A stretch of 64,000 nt of DNA from the IMG/VR virus record IMGVR_UViG_3300025718_000002, positions 1 to 64,000 of that record; one strand, 5' to 3'. The DNA comes from a virus. The position numbers and the translations under genes are program-made. Below, one piece after another: positions 58,317 to 64,000 of this stretch (position 1 is its first letter; each line of letters starts with the position of its first letter). A model generated the notes under the pieces. The model had not been told where the DNA came from, did no database searches, and was given only the letters and a program-made list of their open reading frames with translations.

Positions 58317-58889
58317 TTGGCAAATTTAAAGAAAAAGTATACTAAAATGACTACTGCAATTGGGGTGGTTGAGCCATATCCTAAGTTATCTACACCAGAT
58401 TCCTTTGAGGGACAAATTAAAGGATTTAAGGTTGAGATGCAGTTTAGTCCAGAGGAGGCAAAAAGACTCATAGGATTATGTGAGCAGGAGATTGTAAGAG
58501 CCAAAAAAGAGGAATATGCTGATAAGAGTAAGTGGAAAACTGAGCCATTTATGCCTTATAAACAGTTAGACAATGGTAATTACGTATTTAAGTTTACTAC
58601 AGGGTATGAACAAACAGATAAGGTTGGGGTTACAACAGTTCGCAAAGTAACACAGCTAGATAGAGATGGTAACAATATTAATGATGTTGTTATTGATAGT
58701 GGAACAAGGGCAGTAATCCACTTTGCCTATGCTACATACTATACAAATAGTATGATTAATGGTGTTAAATTTTACATTAACGCTATTCAGGTAACAAAAT
58801 TAATAGAAAGAAGTTCTGGAACATATGGTGCTATCAGCGATCCAGAAGATGATAGTTATACACCATTTGAAGAAGCAGACGTAGCTTAA
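58317..58889 (+). CDS. Phage single-strand DNA-binding protein candidate (DUF2815-like)
   Basis: The N-terminal region (GVVEPYPKLSTPDSFEG...FKVEMQF) resembles DUF2815 phage SSBs. The acidic C-terminus SDPEDDSYTPFEEADVA resembles an SSB tail. Confidence 0.45.
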   Translation: MANLKKKYTKMTTAIGVVEPYPKLSTPDSFEGQIKGFKVEMQFSPEEAKRLIGLCEQEIVRAKKEEYADKSKWKTEPFMPYKQLDNGNYVFKFTTGYEQTDKVGVTTVRKVTQLDRDGNNINDVVIDSGTRAVIHFAYATYYTNSMINGVKFYINAIQVTKLIERSSGTYGAISDPEDDSYTPFEEADVA

Positions 58890-59026
58890 AAAATAACAGG
58901 GGATGAAAATCCCCTTATATTTTAATATAATCGTATTCATATTTTGAATAAATTATAGATAAAGGAGTAAATAAATGTTAAATAAATTTATGTGTAAAAT
59001 CATTGGACATGTAATTAGTATTCCAT

Positions 59027-59458
59027 ATGGATACACTAAATGTAGCAGATGTGGAAAGTGGCTTAATCTTAATTAAGGATGGTGTAAATATGTTTGAAGT
59101 TGAGGCGTTTATGTCTAAGAAAGATTCTTTACAGGCAGATGTATTGGCAAAGATGTTTTTAAAGCAATGCACACAAGATGAAATTTACATTAAGAATAAG
59201 TCTGGAAAGTCTACTGTGTCACCTAGCTATTTGAAATTACGATGTTTCTTTAGTAAGCAAACTCCTAGTGATAGGATTTCAGTATATGAATACCTTTTAA
59301 GTTTTGAGGGTGAACTAAGGATAGTTACGCTTTCAAGTATATTTACTAAGGCTAACAATTATAGGGACAAGCAAATCATAAAAGCTGATAAAGAAAAACA
59401 AGATGTTCCAGTGAAGGAGTATAAAAGATTGACAATTGAGGAAATTATGGAATGGTAG
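59027..59458 (+). CDS. Hypothetical protein
   Basis: ORF track. Confidence 0.4.
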   Translation: MDTLNVADVESGLILIKDGVNMFEVEAFMSKKDSLQADVLAKMFLKQCTQDEIYIKNKSGKSTVSPSYLKLRCFFSKQTPSDRISVYEYLLSFEGELRIVTLSSIFTKANNYRDKQIIKADKEKQDVPVKEYKRLTIEEIMEW

Positions 59459-59775
59459 CAACTAGTATGTTAATGGGTAATGGCTACAGTAACAGATCAT
59501 TAATTGCAAATGATTTTATTAATGGTGCAATGCAAGTAGATTGGAGAGCAGGTACTATCACGAAATCTCAGATAGATGCTAAACCTACAATAAGTAGCAG
59601 TGAATATCTTCCTAGGCATCAACAATTAGTAGTGGACAATGAAGAACTAATATTTAAACTACAAGTTGCGGAAGAGTCAGGTAGAATGTATAGAGAAATG
59701 ATAGAGACTCAGCGAAAAGAATTAGTAAGACTTAGGAAAGAGTTGCAGGAAACTAGGGAAATGTGGGAGGTTTAA
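59452..59775 (+). CDS. Hypothetical protein
   Basis: ORF track. Confidence 0.4.
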   Translation: MVATSMLMGNGYSNRSLIANDFINGAMQVDWRAGTITKSQIDAKPTISSSEYLPRHQQLVVDNEELIFKLQVAEESGRMYREMIETQRKELVRLRKELQETREMWEV

Positions 59776-59780
59776 ATTAA

Positions 59781-61844
59781 ATGGGATTAATTGAAACAAT
59801 TAAGGACAAGATAAATCTCCAAGAATACTTAGATCAGAATTATAAGCTTAGATTTAAAAAAGCTGGTAAAGGATATACTTGCAAATGTCCACTGCATGTA
59901 GATACAGGAGATAAAACTCAGACTTTCCACGTTGATCCATACAAGGGAATGTTTCACTGTTTTAGCTGTTCTAAAGGTGGGACAATATTTGACTTTATAA
60001 TGTTCAAAGAAAATGTTCCTTTTGAATCTGTGTTAATGAGACTTGCTGGGGAACTTAATCTTAACCTTGCGAATAGCCCAGAGTGGAAGAATCAACAATC
60101 ACTATCTAAATCAAATCAACTTATTATGGAACGTGGTAAGGCTAAAATAGGGGCTGTTAGGGATTATCTAGTCCTTAAAAGAGGTTTTACAGATAAAACA
60201 ATTGATGAATTTGATCTAGGATATGGTAATGCTGGGTTAACCATAGGTGGCGTACTAATTCCAGAAGGTGTCTTGTTCCCAATTAAAGATGTGAATAGGA
60301 GAGTTATAGCTTTTGCAGTAAGGCAAGACACTCAACCTAAGTATGTAAATAATGTCAATAATGCCCTTTACATTAAGTTAGAAACTTTATATAACATGGA
60401 TAAAGCCAAGGACATAATGTATAAGACTAATTCGCTGTATGTTGTAGAGGGTTATACTGACGCTATTTCAGCACATCAGCAAGGTCAAGAGTCTGGTCTT
60501 GGTATGGCGTGTGTAGCTTATTGTGGTCAAGAGATATCAATAGATCAAATTAGGTTAATACAGAAAGTTGCCCCCAATCCTCATATGAATATATTCCTAG
60601 CCCCAGATAATGACGAGACAGGTAAGAGGCACATAATTAAAATTAGAGAGAGGTTTATAAACTTTGCTCCAAAATGTAATGTCAGGGTGGTATTGTTTCC
60701 ACAAGAAGATTGCACATTTGCTAATGGTGATGTCAGAAAAATTAAAGACTTCAATGATTGTCTGGTTCTTGGTATTCTTATTGCAGATCTTCCTACTGAA
60801 CATATTGACCTACACTGCCTTAAAAGCGATCTAAGCACTTGTGTATATATAGAGGATGAGTTTATGTGTGTCAGGGAATTTGTTTCTCAGATAGACAATA
60901 AAATGATCCTTATTGATTTAGCTAAGTATCTAGCTGGTAGATGGAAAAGAAAAGAAGAAGATGTTTTAGATTTCTTTAACATTAAATCTTCTACTAATGT
61001 AGCTGATAGGTTTAAAAGCTTTGGGCAAGGTATAGACGCACACAGAAAAATGTTGGCTCACTCTACAGGGTTAGAATTAGGATTTCCAGAGATTGACGCT
61101 ACTTTAAAAGGTGGAGTTAGGCTTACAGATGTAATTTTAATTGGTAGTCCTCCTAGTGTTGGTAAAACGTGGTTTGCTATTGAGACAGCATTGCATTTTA
61201 TTAGACAAAAGAAAAGGGTGCTTTTTATATCGCTAGAGATGGATATGGCAGGGTTATTTGAGAGAATACTTGCTAATTTACGTGGGGTTAGTGTAGATGA
61301 ACATAATGAACATGTAAGACAAGGGCTTGTAGATGATGATACAATAATAAGGCAATTTGATAAGTATCTAAAAGTTATTGATGATAGTAAAATGTCTTTA
61401 AAAGATATTGAAGATTCACTAAAGTATGCTAATACAGTTGTTTTTGAAGGTGAAAAGGTTGATCTGGTAATTATTGACTATTTACAAATGATGCAAGGTG
61501 TAAAGAAATTCGAAGATCTTGAGGAAGTTGTGGTAGGTCTTAAAACAGTAATAGCTAAACCTTTTAACTGTGTAGTATTAGCACTATCTCAAATGAACAG
61601 AGAGTATAAACCTTGGGTGGAAAATGATATGTCAGCCTTAAAGGGTACAGGTGCATTAGAAGCTACAGGGGATATCATAATGACCATGTGGAAACCTGAG
61701 AGTAACCCAGATATTACCCTAGCCGAAAAGCAAAAATGTGCAGATCAAATAGAAATGAAAATCGGAAAAGCTAGAAGAGGTAAGAAAAGGGAAAGATTCA
61801 CATTAAAAATTGATTACAAAAAGACTAGGCTGGAGGTAATATAA
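59781..61844 (+). CDS. Primase-helicase (DnaG-type CHC2 zinc finger + TOPRIM + DnaB-like helicase)
   Basis: Zinc finger CKCPLHVDTGDKTQTFHV...FHCFSCSKGG. TOPRIM region YVVEGYTDAIS. Helicase Walker A ILIGSPPSVGKTWFAIE. Confidence 0.85.
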   Translation: MGLIETIKDKINLQEYLDQNYKLRFKKAGKGYTCKCPLHVDTGDKTQTFHVDPYKGMFHCFSCSKGGTIFDFIMFKENVPFESVLMRLAGELNLNLANSPEWKNQQSLSKSNQLIMERGKAKIGAVRDYLVLKRGFTDKTIDEFDLGYGNAGLTIGGVLIPEGVLFPIKDVNRRVIAFAVRQDTQPKYVNNVNNALYIKLETLYNMDKAKDIMYKTNSLYVVEGYTDAISAHQQGQESGLGMACVAYCGQEISIDQIRLIQKVAPNPHMNIFLAPDNDETGKRHIIKIRERFINFAPKCNVRVVLFPQEDCTFANGDVRKIKDFNDCLVLGILIADLPTEHIDLHCLKSDLSTCVYIEDEFMCVREFVSQIDNKMILIDLAKYLAGRWKRKEEDVLDFFNIKSSTNVADRFKSFGQGIDAHRKMLAHSTGLELGFPEIDATLKGGVRLTDVILIGSPPSVGKTWFAIETALHFIRQKKRVLFISLEMDMAGLFERILANLRGVSVDEHNEHVRQGLVDDDTIIRQFDKYLKVIDDSKMSLKDIEDSLKYANTVVFEGEKVDLVIIDYLQMMQGVKKFEDLEEVVVGLKTVIAKPFNCVVLALSQMNREYKPWVENDMSALKGTGALEATGDIIMTMWKPESNPDITLAEKQKCADQIEMKIGKARRGKKRERFTLKIDYKKTRLEVI

Positions 61845-61925
61845 GTGTCAGTTGTACAAACTATATCATTTATAATGTTTATGGGGTTAATGCTAAAGAT
61901 TTTATTCACTTTATGAATAAATTAC

Positions 61926-61954
61926 TTGACTACATGAATAATACATGCTATAAT
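61926..61954 (+). promoter_or_regulatory. Strong promoter TTGACT-17-TGcTATAAT (near-duplicate of the 47534 promoter module)
   Basis: Seen directly. It shares an upstream TTTATGAATA..ATTACTTGAC block. Confidence 0.6.
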
Positions 61955-61985
61955 TAATTATAAGTTGTTAAGGAGGAGAAAATAA

Positions 61986-62264
61986 ATGAAAATTGAAGGA
62001 ATGAATAACATTGACACATTAGATGCCCTAGTTAATTCATGTGAGCCAAGTAAACGTCCAATAGTTATGGCTGTATCACAAGCCACTGTAGAGGCGTTAA
62101 CAATTGTTATGAAAAAAGAAAATCTTGAACCAGAAGATATTGTTACAATTACTAACTGTATTTCATTGGCAGTAGAAGATATTTTTATCAATATGCCAGC
62201 ACAACATAAAAAAAGTCCATTGTTTATTGCTAAATTAATGAAATTGGCTGGTCAAATAGCTTAA
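61986..62264 (+). CDS. Hypothetical protein
   Basis: ORF track. A strong RBS AAGGAGGAG is present. Confidence 0.5.
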   Translation: MKIEGMNNIDTLDALVNSCEPSKRPIVMAVSQATVEALTIVMKKENLEPEDIVTITNCISLAVEDIFINMPAQHKKSPLFIAKLMKLAGQIA

Positions 62265-63136
62265 TGCCTTTAACCCATTGGATATGTCCAGATAGGAAAG
62301 AAAGCAGTATTGAGGATTGTCTCAATGAATGTCGTATGGCAGAAGGTCTTGAAACTAAAAGGTGTTTATCTAAGAGAACTTTAAGAGCAATGAGTGAGCA
62401 AAGGGTTTGGAATGGTACGCCCTCTGTGACTCAATTACTTAATGGAACTAGGGAAGAATACCTTAAAATTAAAAAGGACTTTTCAATCAATCCTCAAAAT
62501 AGAGTATTTGCGTTATTTGGTACGCAAGTACATAATACCTTAGAAACTACCATAGGAGATACAGGAGTTAGTGAAGAAAGAATTACGCTAAAGAATGTGT
62601 CTGGTGCTTTTGATAATTATGAAGATAATATTTTGTATGATGTTAAAACATATGGTAGTTATGCAGTAGCAAAAACATTAGGAATAAAGCCAGTATACGT
62701 ATATGATGGTGTGTATAAAACTGGTGATAAGGCTGGTCAATCAAAGTTTAAGAAGAACTTTCTCAGTACAAATGTTAAAAGCAGATTTAATCTAGCAGTA
62801 CAATTAAATTCTTACAGAATGATGTTAGAGTCTATAGGGAAACCAGTAGATCAAATGTTATGTGAGGTAATAGTACGTGATGCTGGTACTCAGACTGCTA
62901 TTGAACGTGGTGTTATGCATAAAGCAATGCTAATACCTATTAACAAAATATCAGATCATTGGGTTGAAAGGTTTATCAGTGCAAAGAGAGATAGACTGAT
63001 AGAAGCAATAAAGACTGATATTATGCCCCCTGCATGCTCTCACAGAGAGTCTTGGGGTGGAAGAAAATGCAAATCATACTGTGATGTTTATAAGCAATGT
63101 GACGTATCACATAAAAAGAAAAAGGGAAGTGTTTAA
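62264..63136 (+). CDS. PD-(D/E)xK nuclease with Fe-S Cys cluster (Cas4/RecB-like exonuclease)
   Basis: One N-terminal Cys is present (CPDRKESSIEDC). The core is LYDVKTYG (D-x-K). Three C-terminal Cys residues are present (CSHRESWGGRKCKSYC). Confidence 0.65.
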   Translation: MPLTHWICPDRKESSIEDCLNECRMAEGLETKRCLSKRTLRAMSEQRVWNGTPSVTQLLNGTREEYLKIKKDFSINPQNRVFALFGTQVHNTLETTIGDTGVSEERITLKNVSGAFDNYEDNILYDVKTYGSYAVAKTLGIKPVYVYDGVYKTGDKAGQSKFKKNFLSTNVKSRFNLAVQLNSYRMMLESIGKPVDQMLCEVIVRDAGTQTAIERGVMHKAMLIPINKISDHWVERFISAKRDRLIEAIKTDIMPPACSHRESWGGRKCKSYCDVYKQCDVSHKKKKGSV

Positions 63137-63140
63137 TTAA

Positions 63141-63524
63141 ATGGAATTAAAAGAATTGGGTATTTTAGTTAGTAAGGCATCAGAAAATCTAATTGTATCA
63201 TGTATTGACAAGCCAGCTATACTTATGGGGCATGGTAAAAATATTGAAATGATTGTCAAATCATTTGGCGAAGCAATGTTTGCTAAAAATATGTCTGCAG
63301 AAGAAATTGAATCAGTTTTTGATGTTATCAAGTATACATTGCTGATTAATTTGGAGTCAGCTAAGAAAGGTCTTTCCCCAAAACAAACAGAAGAAGCACT
63401 GTGTTTAGGCGATATATTTGATCACGCTAAGGATAAGGCAATTACAGAGGCAAATAAAAAAGTGGATGAACTTGATAAAATGATTGCTGTTTTACAGGGT
63501 AAGCGTAAAAAGCTTGTCAGCTAA
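63141..63524 (+). CDS. Hypothetical protein
   Basis: ORF track. Confidence 0.4.
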   Translation: MELKELGILVSKASENLIVSCIDKPAILMGHGKNIEMIVKSFGEAMFAKNMSAEEIESVFDVIKYTLLINLESAKKGLSPKQTEEALCLGDIFDHAKDKAITEANKKVDELDKMIAVLQGKRKKLVS

Positions 63525-63780
63525 TGGTTCAGCGGAAGATCAGAGTCACTATCAAGTAAGTGGTTTTCAACCTATCCAAGTCATGCAAGCTATTATGACA
63601 CCAGAACAGTTCATTGGGTTTAATCTTGGGAATGTACTAAAGTACGCAATGAGATTAAACCACAAGAATCAATCTAGGTTAGACGCAGGGAAATGTCAGC
63701 AGTACGCGACATGGATGTGCGAGGCTATGGATGGTAAGATAATTGTCCCACCAGTTGCGAAAGGAGAAATTAATAGCTAG
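63484..63780 (+). CDS. DUF3310-family phage protein
   Basis: FNLGNVLKYAMRLNHKN...DAGKCQQYATWM matches the DUF3310 signature (N..KY..R...K....D..KA..Y). Confidence 0.55.
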   Translation: MLFYRVSVKSLSANGSAEDQSHYQVSGFQPIQVMQAIMTPEQFIGFNLGNVLKYAMRLNHKNQSRLDAGKCQQYATWMCEAMDGKIIVPPVAKGEINS

Positions 63781-64000
63781 ATACGGACTAAAACATGGAT
63801 TAAGTAAAAGTCCAACATATAACAGTTGGCACTCAATGATCCAGAGATGTAATAATATAAATTCTCCAGATTATAAAAGATATGGTAAAAAAGGTATTAC
63901 TGTTTGCAACACTTGGTTAATATTTGATATATTTCTAAAAGATATGGGGATAAGACCAGATGGTAAAACACTCAATAGAATCAATAATAACCTAGGATAC
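63755..64000 (+). CDS. HNH-type homing endonuclease, N-terminal part (3' end outside window); putative TTG start
   Basis: The frame-2 translation is RYGLKHGLSKSPTYNSWHSMIQRCNN...YKRYGKKGITVCNTW...DMG..P.G.TLNRINNNLGY, a classic HNH-3 N-terminal pattern. The conserved region precedes the first ATG. An in-frame TTG lies at 63755. Confidence 0.45.
   Translation, partial: MRKEKLIARYGLKHGLSKSPTYNSWHSMIQRCNNINSPDYKRYGKKGITVCNTWLIFDIFLKDMGIRPDGKTLNRINNNLGY

Overview
This window is a contiguous stretch of a large, AT-rich tailed-phage (or plasmid-prophage) genome with host-like strong Shine-Dalgarno sites. Read left to right it contains the following.
(1) 0-8.9 kb, plus strand: a nucleotide-metabolism and early block. 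It has a 5'-truncated NrdD-like anaerobic RNR, an SPFH/band-7 protein, an array of four tandem paralogous small proteins ending in an SYLVNVR motif, NrdG activase, a small HTH protein, an ATP-dependent RNA ligase, an HNH endonuclease, dUTPase and a sigma-factor-like protein.
(2) 8.9-17.7 kb: a convergently transcribed minus-strand accessory block. It encodes a DUF262 (ParB-like nuclease) protein, a 333-aa unknown, a vWA-domain protein and a MoxR-type AAA+ ATPase.
(3) 17.7-19.0 kb: a ~1.3 kb ORF-free, highly structured, GC-richer region.
(4) 19.0-47.5 kb: the morphogenesis module. It contains terS, terL, portal, scaffold, an HK97-like major capsid protein, several fibre or spike proteins (FN3, collagen-like, SPRY, ConA/LamG-like, Gly-rich), a 1822-aa virion protein with an HExxH motif, two holin-like proteins, an M15 endolysin and a spanin-like protein. 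No tail tube, sheath or tape measure is recognisable, which suggests a podovirus-like particle.
(5) 47.5-49.4 kb: a strong promoter, a structured leader, two adjacent tRNAs and ORF-poor structured sequence.
(6) 50-51.6 kb: an xre-parR-parM (actin-like) operon. It is followed by a strong promoter driving two tiny transmembrane peptides.
(7) 52-64 kb: a replication module. It has a 3D-domain protein, a DnaE-type Pol III alpha, an XRE repressor with putative operators, an SSB-like protein, a primase-helicase, a Cas4-like Fe-S PD-(D/E)xK nuclease, DUF3310 and a 3'-truncated HNH-type endonuclease.
The most notable candidate novelties are the MoxR-vWA-DUF262 block, the tandem SYLVNVR paralog array, the long ORF-free structured regions and several repeated intergenic motifs.
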